Source of the DNA: Nannocystis sp. SCPEA4
Lineage (GTDB): Bacteria > Myxococcota_A > Polyangia > Nannocystales > Nannocystaceae
Length of the DNA stretch: 64,000 nt
Reading direction: 5' to 3'
Assembly (NCBI RefSeq): GCF_026626685.1
Contig: NZ_JAPNJX010000021.1
Location: 169,329 to 233,328, forward strand
Of the stretch, positions 51,843 through 60,002 are shown piece after piece (positions within the stretch are counted from its first letter, which is position 1; each line of letters opens with the position of its first letter). Both the position numbers and the translations under genes were made by a program. The notes beneath the pieces are model-generated. The model was not told the origin of the DNA. It did not search any database and saw nothing but the letters and a program-made list of their open reading frames with translations.

Positions 51843-52985
51843 ATGCCCGGTCAACCATTCTCGCAGTCGTTATCCGCCCTCGCGGCCCAGCGCGCCCGCT
51901 CGGGGCGCCTCGGGCTGGTCGTCGGCGCCGCGCTGCTGGTCGCGTGGACGTCGTGGATGGTGCTGGCGCGGGTCAAGGTCCACGCGGTGACCACGAGCGC
52001 GCGGGTCGAGGCGGTCGCGTTTCGCGTCGAGGCCGAGGTCGCGGGTCGCGTGGTCGAGACCCGGCTGCGACTCGGCGCCGAGGTCGAGGCGGGCGAGCTG
52101 CTCGTCGAGCTCGACAGCCAGCCGCTGGCCCTCGCGCTGGCCGAGAAGCAGGCGCTGCGAGCCAGCCTCGCGGCCCAGGTGGCGGCGCTGGACGGCCAGC
52201 TCGCGGCCGTCGCGGCGCTCCTGGCCGACCAGCACCAGCTGGCGTCGCGGCGCAACCGCGAGGCCGAGGTGCAGGCGCGCGCCGCCCGGATCTCGGCCCG
52301 CTACGCCGAGACCGAGGCCGACCGCTCGACCCGGCTGTACGACGCGAAGGTCGAGTCCGAGGCCGAGCTGTCGCGCACGCGGGCCAACGGACTGATCCAC
52401 CGCACGGCCGCTCGCGCTGCCGCGCTGTCGGTGGCGCGGATCGACGCCGAGGGCGCGACGGCGGCCACGGAGATCGAGCTGGACCTCGCGCAGCTCGAGC
52501 GCCAGCGCGCCGAGCTGCACGGCCAGATCGCGGTGACGACCGCGAGCATCGAGTCGATCGCCCACCAGATCGAGCAGCGGCGCGTGCGAGCGCCGGCCGC
52601 CGGGCGCCTGGGCGAGGTCGCGCTGCTGCAGCCCGGCTCGGTGCTGGCCGCCGGCGACGACATCGCCACGGTCGTGCCGGGCGGCGAGCTGCGGATCGCG
52701 GCCCAGTTCGCCCCCGCGACCGCGGTCGGCCGGATCCGCGCGGGTCAGCCGGCCCGCCTGCGCCTCGACGGGTTCCCGTGGACGCAATACCGATCGATCG
52801 CCGCCACCGTGGTGCGGGTCGCCGACGAGGCCCGCGAGGGCCACGTGCGCGTCGAGCTGAGCGTCGAGGCGGCGGCCCTGCCCGGCGTGCGGCTGCAGCA
52901 CGGCCTGCCCGGCTCGGTCGAGGTCGAGGTCGAGACCCTCTCGCCGGCGGAGATCCTGCTGCGCGCCGCGGGGGCGCTGTTCTGA
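51843..52985 (+). CDS. HlyD-family membrane fusion/secretion protein (bacteriocin-export type)
   Basis: An N-terminal TM segment, long coiled coils (LALALAEKQALRASLAAQVAALDGQLAAV..) and a C-terminal beta-barrel segment. It is followed by a C39-ABC gene 7 nt downstream. Confidence 0.8.
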   Translation: MPGQPFSQSLSALAAQRARSGRLGLVVGAALLVAWTSWMVLARVKVHAVTTSARVEAVAFRVEAEVAGRVVETRLRLGAEVEAGELLVELDSQPLALALAEKQALRASLAAQVAALDGQLAAVAALLADQHQLASRRNREAEVQARAARISARYAETEADRSTRLYDAKVESEAELSRTRANGLIHRTAARAAALSVARIDAEGATAATEIELDLAQLERQRAELHGQIAVTTASIESIAHQIEQRRVRAPAAGRLGEVALLQPGSVLAAGDDIATVVPGGELRIAAQFAPATAVGRIRAGQPARLRLDGFPWTQYRSIAATVVRVADEAREGHVRVELSVEAAALPGVRLQHGLPGSVEVEVETLSPAEILLRAAGALF

Positions 52986-52992
52986 GGTCGCC

Positions 52993-55707
52993 ATGCCCAC
53001 CCGCTCCGCCCCGCGCCGCCGCAGCCTGTTCGCGCCCGAGGTCATCCAGACCTCGGCGATGGACTGCGGGCCGGCGGCGCTCAAGTGCGTCCTCGAAGGC
53101 CACGGGATCCACGTCAGCTACGGCCGCCTGCGCGAGGCCTGCCAGACCGGGATCGACGGCACGTCGATCGACACGCTCGAGGAGATCGCCGGCGAGCTCG
53201 GGATCGACGCGCAGCAACGCATCGTGCCGCTCGACCACGTGTTCGAGCCCGCCGCCGGCGCCCTGCCGGCGTTGCTGGTGGTCCGCCAGCCCGGTGGCAG
53301 CAATCACTTCCTGGTCGTGTGGTCGTGCCACGGCGACCTCGTGCAGCTCATGGACCCCGGGACCGGCCGGCGCTGGACGCAGCGGCGGCGGCTGCTGGAC
53401 AGCGCGTACCTCCACTCGCAGCGCACGCCCGCGGCGGCCTGGCGCGAGTGGGCGAGCTCGCCGGAGTTCGTCGACGCGTTGCGGGCGCGCTGCGTGAAGA
53501 TCGGCTGCGGCGAGCTCGGGGCCACCCTCGTCGCCGAAGCCCTCGCCGAGCCGGGCTGGCGCACCCTGGCGGCGCTCGACGCCGCGGTGCGCATGGTCCA
53601 CGGCATGGTCCGCGCCCGGGCGATCGCCCGCGGTCGCCCCGCCGCGGGCATCCTCGTCGCGGTGTTCGCCCGCGCGCGGGTCGAGGATCTCGCGCACCCC
53701 ACGGCCCACCAGACGATCCCGCGGCTGTTCTGGTCGGTCCGACCGGCGCCGGCCGACGAGGACGGCGAGGAGGCGCTGATGCTGCGTGGCGCGGTGCTGG
53801 TCAGCTTCCGCGGCCTGCGTGGCGCCCCGGGCGGCGACGGCTTGCCCGCGGGGGCCGTCGTGCGCTCGCCCGAGCTCGCCGAGGCGCTGCGCGAGCCGCC
53901 CGCCCGCCCGGGCCGCGCGCTGCTCGGGCTGCTCCGGCTCGACGGCCTCGGCGCGCCGGCCCTGCTGCTCGTGGGCCTCGCGCTGGCGTCCGTGTGCGTG
54001 CTGCTCGAGGCCGTGGCGCTGCGCAGCGCCCTCGACGTCGGCGCGTGGTTGGGGCTGCCGGAGCAGCGCGCTGCGGCGTGGGGGCTGCTCGTCGCGCTGC
54101 TGCTGATCGTCCTGGCCGTCGAGGTCCCGCTGGCCGCGGCGGTGCTGCGAATGGGCCGCGCGCTCGAGGCCCGGCTGCGGATCGCCTTCTTGCGCAAGAT
54201 CCCCCGGCTCGAGGATCGCTACCTGCAGAGCCGCCCCACCTCGGACATGGCCGAGCGCAGCCACGGCGTCCACCGCCTGCGCCTGATCCCCGGGGTCGCC
54301 GCCCAGCTGCTGCGCGGCGGGCTGGAGCTCGCGCTGGTCACCGCCGGCCTGGTGTGGCTCGACCCCGACTGCGTGCCGCTGGCGCTGCCGATCGCCGCGG
54401 CGACGGTGCTGCTGCCGCTCGCGTTCCAGCCGCTGCTGGGCGAGCGCGACATGCGGGTGCGCAGCCACGCCGGGGCGCTGAGCCGCTTCTACCTCGACGC
54501 GCTGCTCGGCCTCACCGCGATCCGCACCCACGGCGCCGAGCGGACGGTGCGGCGCGAGCACGAGGGCCTGTTGGTCGAGTGGGCGCACACGTCGCGCGCG
54601 CTGCTGGCGGTGGTCGTGGCGGTCGAGGCGATGCAGACGCTGACGGGCGTCGGCCTGGTCGCGTGGCTGTTCTTCGATCACGTCCAGCGCGTCAGCGGCG
54701 GGGCCAGCACGCTGCTGTTCCTCTACTGGGCGCTGTCGCTGCCGGTGCTCGGCCAGGAGATCGCGGCCGCGCTGCGGCAGGTCCCCGCGCACAGGAACGT
54801 CACGCTGCGCCTGCTCGAGCCGCTCGGCGCGCGCGAGGTGCCGAGCACCGCGAGCGCCGGCGAAGTCCGCCCGCGGCCCGCGGCGGTGGGTCTGCGCTTC
54901 GCGGGCGTCGGGGTGGTGGCCGGCGGACACGCCCTGCTCGCGGACGTCGACCTGCAGCTGCGGCCCGGCGAGCACGTCGCCGTCATCGGGCCCTCGGGGG
55001 CCGGCAAGAGCACGCTCCTCGGCCTGCTGCTCGGCTGGCACCACCCGGCGCAGGGGCAGGTCCTGGTCGACGACGAGCCGCTGCGCGGCGAGGTGCTCGA
55101 GCGCCTGCGGACCTGGACGGCGTGGGTCGACCCGGGCGTCCGCCTGTGGAACCGCTCCTTGCTCGACAACCTCCGCTACGGCGCCCGCGCCGACATGGAG
55201 GCGACCGCCCTCGCGCGCGCCTTCGCCGACGCCGACCTCCGCGATCTGCTCGCCGAGCTGCCCGAGGGCCTGCAGACGGCGCTCGGCGAGGGCGGCGCGC
55301 TGTTGTCGGGCGGCGAGGGCCAGCGGGTCCGCCTCGGTCGGGCGCTGGCCCGCGAGCAGCCCGCGCTGGTGCTGCTCGACGAGCCGTTCCGCGGCCTCGA
55401 CCGCCCGCGCCGGCAGCGGCTCCTCTCCCGGGTGCGCGCGCGCTGGCGCAGCTCGACCCTGCTGTGCGTCACCCACGACGTCGGCGAGGCCGTCGGCTTC
55501 GATCGCGTGCTCGTGGTCGAGGGCGGTCGCGTGGTCGAGGACGGCCCGCCCGACCTGCTCGCGGCGCGGCCCGACTCCCGCTATTCGGCGCTGGTGGCCG
55601 CCGAGGCCGAGCTGCGCGAGGAGCTGTGGGCGAACCCCGCCTGGCGCCATTTGCGATTGATAGGAGGGGCCGTGCGCGGGCCGCAGGAGGGGCCCTCCGA
55701 TGAATGA
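52993..55707 (+). CDS. Peptidase-C39-domain ABC transporter (bacteriocin/RiPP leader-cleaving exporter, permease + ATPase)
   Basis: The C39 catalytic Cys is in QTSAMDCGPAALKCV and the His in SNHFLVVWS. A 6-TM domain follows, then Walker A GPSGAGKST, the signature LSGGEGQRVRL and Walker B LVLLDEPF. Confidence 0.85.
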   Translation: MPTRSAPRRRSLFAPEVIQTSAMDCGPAALKCVLEGHGIHVSYGRLREACQTGIDGTSIDTLEEIAGELGIDAQQRIVPLDHVFEPAAGALPALLVVRQPGGSNHFLVVWSCHGDLVQLMDPGTGRRWTQRRRLLDSAYLHSQRTPAAAWREWASSPEFVDALRARCVKIGCGELGATLVAEALAEPGWRTLAALDAAVRMVHGMVRARAIARGRPAAGILVAVFARARVEDLAHPTAHQTIPRLFWSVRPAPADEDGEEALMLRGAVLVSFRGLRGAPGGDGLPAGAVVRSPELAEALREPPARPGRALLGLLRLDGLGAPALLLVGLALASVCVLLEAVALRSALDVGAWLGLPEQRAAAWGLLVALLLIVLAVEVPLAAAVLRMGRALEARLRIAFLRKIPRLEDRYLQSRPTSDMAERSHGVHRLRLIPGVAAQLLRGGLELALVTAGLVWLDPDCVPLALPIAAATVLLPLAFQPLLGERDMRVRSHAGALSRFYLDALLGLTAIRTHGAERTVRREHEGLLVEWAHTSRALLAVVVAVEAMQTLTGVGLVAWLFFDHVQRVSGGASTLLFLYWALSLPVLGQEIAAALRQVPAHRNVTLRLLEPLGAREVPSTASAGEVRPRPAAVGLRFAGVGVVAGGHALLADVDLQLRPGEHVAVIGPSGAGKSTLLGLLLGWHHPAQGQVLVDDEPLRGEVLERLRTWTAWVDPGVRLWNRSLLDNLRYGARADMEATALARAFADADLRDLLAELPEGLQTALGEGGALLSGGEGQRVRLGRALAREQPALVLLDEPFRGLDRPRRQRLLSRVRARWRSSTLLCVTHDVGEAVGFDRVLVVEGGRVVEDGPPDLLAARPDSRYSALVAAEAELREELWANPAWRHLRLIGGAVRGPQEGPSDE

Positions 55708-57817
55708 CACGACCGCCTCGTCGCGCTGGCCCGTGCGACGGATCGCCGAGGCCATCGCCTGCCTCGCCCAGGTCGGCGGCCTGGCCCCGCGGCAGGTCGA
55801 GCTCGGCGAGGCCCCGGCCGGGCTCGCCGACGCCGACGCGCTGAACTTCGCCCGGTGGGTCGAGGGCGCGGCCGACTGGCTCGGCGTCGAGGCCGAGCCG
55901 GTCGTCACGACCTATCCGGAGATCGACGGCTTCCTCGCCGCCGCCGGCCCGGCGCTGCTGCAGCTGCCGGGCGAGCCGCGCAGCTTCCTCCTGCTGGTGC
56001 GCGCGACCAGGCAGGGCCTGGTCCTCCTCGGCCCCGATCACGAGCAGCGGACGGTCCCGCGGGCGCACGTGCGGGCGCTGCTGTGCGCGGAGGTCGAGGC
56101 GCCGATGCTCCCGCGCCTCGACAGCATGCTCGACGAGGCCGGCGTCACTCGCCGCGGCCGCGCCCGCGCCGAGCTCCTCGCCCAGTGGCTGCGCGCCGCC
56201 ACCATCGAGGGCTTCTGGCTGCTGCGCCTGCCGCCCGGCGCCGACCTGCGAGCCCAGGCCCGCCGCTTCCGCCTGCCGCGGCGCGCCGCCGGCGTCCTCG
56301 CCGGCTACGCCGCGGTCGTCGCCCTCGGCGTGCTCTCGTGGATCGCCGTCGGCCGCGGCGCGCTCACCGGCACCGTCGATCACGGCTGGCTCATCGCCTG
56401 GGTGGTGCTGCTGGCCACGGCCGCGGCGCTGCGCGCCCTCGTCACCGCCGCGTCCGGCCGGCTGGCGATCGACGTCGGCGCGCTCCTCAAGCAGCGGCTC
56501 CTCGCCGGCGCGCTGGCCCTCGACAGCCAGCAGGTCCGCCTCCGCGGCGCGGGACAGTTCCTCGGCTGGGTGCTCGAGTCGGACGCGATCGAGTCGCTCG
56601 CGCTGAGCGGCGGGCTCGCCGGTGTGTTCGCCCTGATCGAGCTGGTCGCCGCGTTCGCGGTCCTCGCGGCCAGCGGCCACGCCTGGCCGCTCGTCCCGGC
56701 GCTGGTGGTCTGCCTCGCGGCGGTCGCGTGGCTCGGCCGCGCCTACCTCGGCGGCCGGCGCCGCTGGACCGGCTTGCGCCTCGACATGACGCACGACCTC
56801 GTCGAGCAGATCGTCGGCCATCGCACGCGGATCGCCCAGCAGGCGCCGGAGGCCCGCTCCGATCGCGAGGACCAGGCGCTCCACGGCTACCTCGATGCCG
56901 GCGCGCGGCTGGACCGGGCCATGATCGTCCTCACCGGCCTGCTCCCCGGCGGCTGGCTCCTCCTCGGCCTGCTCGTCCTCGGTCCGGCCTTCGTCGCCGA
57001 CACCAGCCCGGCCGCCGCGCTGGTCGTCGCCGTCGGCGGCGTGCTGCTGGCCCATCGCGCGCTGCGGTCGCTCGTCGGCGGCCTCACGCAGCTGCTCGGC
57101 GCCCGCGTCGCGTCGGAGTCGATCGCGCCGATGTTCCACGCGACCGCCGGCCAGGAGCGCGTGTCCCCGGTGCTGCGCGGCGAGCTCGACCCCGACGGCG
57201 AGCCCGCGCCGCTCCTCGACGTCGATCGGCTCTCGCACCATTACCCGGGTCGTCGCGAACCGGCGCTGGACCACTGCAACCTGCAGATCCACCGCGGCGA
57301 ACGCGTGCTGCTCGAGGGCCGCTCGGGCGGCGGCAAGTCGACGCTGCTGTCGCTGCTCGCCGGCCTGCGCGAACCGCAGCACGGGCTCGTCCTGCTCGAC
57401 GCGCTCGATCGCCGGACCCTCGGCCTCGCCGGCTGGCGCCAGCGCGTCGTCGCGGTCCCGCAGTTCCACGACAATCACGTGATGACGGGCACCCTGGCGT
57501 TCAACCTGCTGATGGGACGACGCTGGCCGCCGACCGCGGACGACCTCGCCGAGGCGCAGGAGGTGTGCGAGGCGCTGGCGCTCGGCGAGCTGCTGGGGCG
57601 CATGCCCGCCGGCCTGCTGCAGGTCGTCGGCGAGACCGGGTGGCAGCTGTCCCACGGCGAGCAGAGCCGCCTCTTCATCGCCCGCGCGCTGCTCCAGGGC
57701 GCCGACCTGACGCTCCTGGACGAGAGCTTCGCCGCGCTCGATCCCGAGACCCTGCGGATCGCCCTCGCATGCGTCCTCGAGCGCGCCCCCACCCTCCTCG
57801 TCGTCGCCCACCCCTGA
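55700..57817 (+). CDS. ABC transporter permease/ATPase, second half-transporter of a heterodimeric peptide exporter
   Basis: A TM domain, then Walker A GRSGGGKST, signature LSHGEQSRLFIA and Walker B LTLLDESFA. ATG 55700 overlaps the upstream stop (ATGAATGA). HlyD + C39-ABC + second ABC is the layout of NHLP/Nif11-type microcin export cassettes. Confidence 0.85.
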   Translation: MNDTTASSRWPVRRIAEAIACLAQVGGLAPRQVELGEAPAGLADADALNFARWVEGAADWLGVEAEPVVTTYPEIDGFLAAAGPALLQLPGEPRSFLLLVRATRQGLVLLGPDHEQRTVPRAHVRALLCAEVEAPMLPRLDSMLDEAGVTRRGRARAELLAQWLRAATIEGFWLLRLPPGADLRAQARRFRLPRRAAGVLAGYAAVVALGVLSWIAVGRGALTGTVDHGWLIAWVVLLATAAALRALVTAASGRLAIDVGALLKQRLLAGALALDSQQVRLRGAGQFLGWVLESDAIESLALSGGLAGVFALIELVAAFAVLAASGHAWPLVPALVVCLAAVAWLGRAYLGGRRRWTGLRLDMTHDLVEQIVGHRTRIAQQAPEARSDREDQALHGYLDAGARLDRAMIVLTGLLPGGWLLLGLLVLGPAFVADTSPAAALVVAVGGVLLAHRALRSLVGGLTQLLGARVASESIAPMFHATAGQERVSPVLRGELDPDGEPAPLLDVDRLSHHYPGRREPALDHCNLQIHRGERVLLEGRSGGGKSTLLSLLAGLREPQHGLVLLDALDRRTLGLAGWRQRVVAVPQFHDNHVMTGTLAFNLLMGRRWPPTADDLAEAQEVCEALALGELLGRMPAGLLQVVGETGWQLSHGEQSRLFIARALLQGADLTLLDESFAALDPETLRIALACVLERAPTLLVVAHP

Positions 57818-57882
57818 ATCGTGTGGACGAGGCGTCGATCAGCGGCGTGCAGAGGAAGGTCGCGCCGGCGAGCAAGGATCTG

Positions 57883-58737
57883 CTATTGGATGCACCCGGA
57901 CTTGCGGCCATCCCCCTCGTTGTCGGTCTCGAAGCGTGCGCTCTTCCAAGTGTTCCGGCAGGCGGGCAGGTTGAAGTCCGCCATGTCGTACTTTTCGTTG
58001 TCCAGTGCAAAGTTGGCCAGAAGAACGTTATCGGTGGCACCAGCGGCCAGGCGGATGCCAATGGCGCCGTTCTCTTCGGCGGCGTTGGCCTGGAGGAGGT
58101 TATCATCCCCGTCCACCTCGATCCCGTCATTCCCATTGCCGCGGGCGAAGACGGCGTGAATCACGTTGTCGTAGCTGTCCTCGTCGACGAAGATTCCGTC
58201 GGCGCCGTTGAGGTCGTACCCTCCCCCGGTCCGGACGAGGACACCACTGCTGTCGAACAGAGCGAGCCCGTTGAGGCCGTTCCCGGACGCGGTGACGTTT
58301 CGGAGGGTGACGTCGACGGAGCCGAGCACGTCGATGCCATCCAGGCCGCTGTCTTCGACGGTGGCGTTCATGACGAGGACGTCGCTCGCACCCTCGACAC
58401 GAATGCCGGTGTCGAAGCCCTGAACGAGCACGTTGTTGATGACGACATCCGTCCGCGGCCCTTTTACCGAGATGCCGGTGCCCGTCGTGCCGGAGATCCG
58501 ATGGTGGCCCCCGTTGAGCCGGACGTTGCTCGCCTTGATGATGATGCCGTGCCCCTCACAGCTCAGGTCGTCGCTGATCCGGTACATCCCTGCCGAGTGG
58601 ATCGTGTACGAGCAGCTCTCGATCTTCGTCACCTTTGCTATGGCTGAGGCCGGGCTCAGCAGGATGCTCGCAAGCCCGGCGAGAATTGTCAGGCGTAGTG
58701 TGGTACGGTGGATGGTATTTCGCGCGCTGGTCCTCAT
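57883..58737 (-). CDS. Secreted right-handed parallel beta-helix (NosD/pectate-lyase-fold) repeat protein; signal peptide MRTSARNTIHRTTLRLTILAGLASILLSPASAIA
   Basis: Repetitive G-x-D-G-I/N-N-V beta-helix rungs (GLDGIDVLGSVDVTLRNVTASGNGLNGLAL...). GC content is lower than its surroundings. The track ORF extends to 58806. Confidence 0.55.
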   Translation of the reverse strand: MRTSARNTIHRTTLRLTILAGLASILLSPASAIAKVTKIESCSYTIHSAGMYRISDDLSCEGHGIIIKASNVRLNGGHHRISGTTGTGISVKGPRTDVVINNVLVQGFDTGIRVEGASDVLVMNATVEDSGLDGIDVLGSVDVTLRNVTASGNGLNGLALFDSSGVLVRTGGGYDLNGADGIFVDEDSYDNVIHAVFARGNGNDGIEVDGDDNLLQANAAEENGAIGIRLAAGATDNVLLANFALDNEKYDMADFNLPACRNTWKSARFETDNEGDGRKSGCIQ

Positions 58738-59563
58738 TGCTTTTCCCTCACTGTTCGCGGAGCCCGTAGTGACAGTATCCCGAGCCCTCCGCTCGTGTGA
58801 TAGCAAAAAGTGGTAGATCCTCCGCGTACCGTCAATTGCCCTCGATCACGGCGTGCATGCGGGCCACGGCCTCGTCATCCGAACAGAGGTGGCCACTCTT
58901 CAGTTTTCCGATCTCGATCACATCTTGCGTCTCTCGGAGCGGCAGCTCGACGCATCCGTCAAGCATTGCGCCGCGAGTTCGACATGTGTGGAGGTGCGTG
59001 TGTAACCGTTCAGTCTGGTGCGTGGTACCCCGGGGTGCGACGGCCTCGATGCGGCAAACGACGTGAACGCGGAGGGCCGAGGGCAAGTCGCGCGACACCG
59101 GTCTCGGTGCCGCGAAGCTCGAGCCTCGGCCCCGACGGCCCAGAAATCGAGTTGCTCGAGCAGCACCCGTCCCCGGGTCGGCCGTGGCCCCGCCCGACGT
59201 GCTGGTCGGCCGTTCGCGACCGCGGGAGCACCGAAGCGCGCCGGCGCCTCGGTGCAGTCGACCCCGATTGGGGGCGAAGGCCCCGGCCGCCCGCGAGCGA
59301 CGGTGCCGCCTGCACGCCACGCTCGCGCCGTCGCGCCGGGGGCCGCGCCCGCTTCGCGCCCTCACCGCGCAATGATGCATCTCGCTCGAATCGCGGGCCG
59401 TCGCCGAATGCTCGCAATCGCCATGGCGAGCATTCGCTCGGAAACAATACACTGCGCAGCGCAATGCGTGGTCGACAGGCACCAGCGAATCATGGCCGTC
59501 TTCCGCCCGTGCGCGCGGTCGTGGGTCTTGAGGGGCCCCATACGCCGTGCTAGCTTCCCCGCG

Positions 59564-59585
59564 CTGTCGTGAATAGGTGCGACAG
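59564..59585 (+). promoter_or_regulatory. Inverted repeat CTGTCG-N10-CGACAG 38 nt upstream of the 103-aa gene (candidate operator)
   Basis: Read directly. It overlaps the 10-mer GACAGGTGAA, which also occurs (reverse complement) at 5784-5797 upstream of the GT2 gene. Confidence 0.25.
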
Positions 59586-59622
59586 GTGAACGCCCGCGCG
59601 TCGCAGGCGAATTGGAGGATCT

Positions 59623-59934
59623 ATGGCATACGAATCAAGCATGCAGGATGGGAATCAGCTGGCGGAGCTCGAGCAGCTCGACGTGATCGAATCGAACGAG
59701 CTGAAGGTCGGCAACGCCTTCCACGCGTTCCGCTTCGCCGTCGTGCAGCCGCTGAACGAGCTCGACGAGCGGACCTTCGCCGTCCTCAAGGAGGCGTCGG
59801 TGCTCCTGGCCAAGCAGCAGGGCATCGACGAGAAGACCGCGCAGCAGCGGATCCTCGACGAGGCGGGGGAGAGCAACCCGATCGAGCAGGTCTCCCGTCA
59901 CGTCATCGCCCACTCGAAGCTGTTCACCAAGTGA
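59623..59934 (+). CDS. Small Cys-free protein (103 aa), candidate precursor/substrate of the downstream rSAM-MNIO enzymes; contains HAFRFAV
   Basis: Near-perfect RBS (TTGGAGGatctATG) and good codon usage. A 17-nt palindromic hairpin sits 22 nt after the stop, then the rSAM gene. I found no similarity to NHLP/Nif11 leaders. Confidence 0.6.
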   Translation: MAYESSMQDGNQLAELEQLDVIESNELKVGNAFHAFRFAVVQPLNELDERTFAVLKEASVLLAKQQGIDEKTAQQRILDEAGESNPIEQVSRHVIAHSKLFTK

Positions 59935-59955
59935 ACGGCCGGACCGGCGGGCGCG

Positions 59956-59972
59956 CGCCGTGCATTGCACGG
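59956..59972 (+). terminator. Perfect 17-nt palindrome GCCGTGCATTGCACGGC between the small gene and the rSAM gene (attenuator-like)
   Basis: Read directly. Only the central base is unpaired. Confidence 0.35.
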
Positions 59973-60002
59973 CGTCGGGCCCGCCGGTCGCCCCCACCCG
60001 AC

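Noticed and set aside
59623-59934. 103-aa protein as an NHLP/Nif11-type leader precursor
   Set aside because: It lacks the GG cleavage motif and shows no similarity to nitrile-hydratase-like leaders. I keep it only as a generic candidate substrate of the rSAM/MNIO enzymes.
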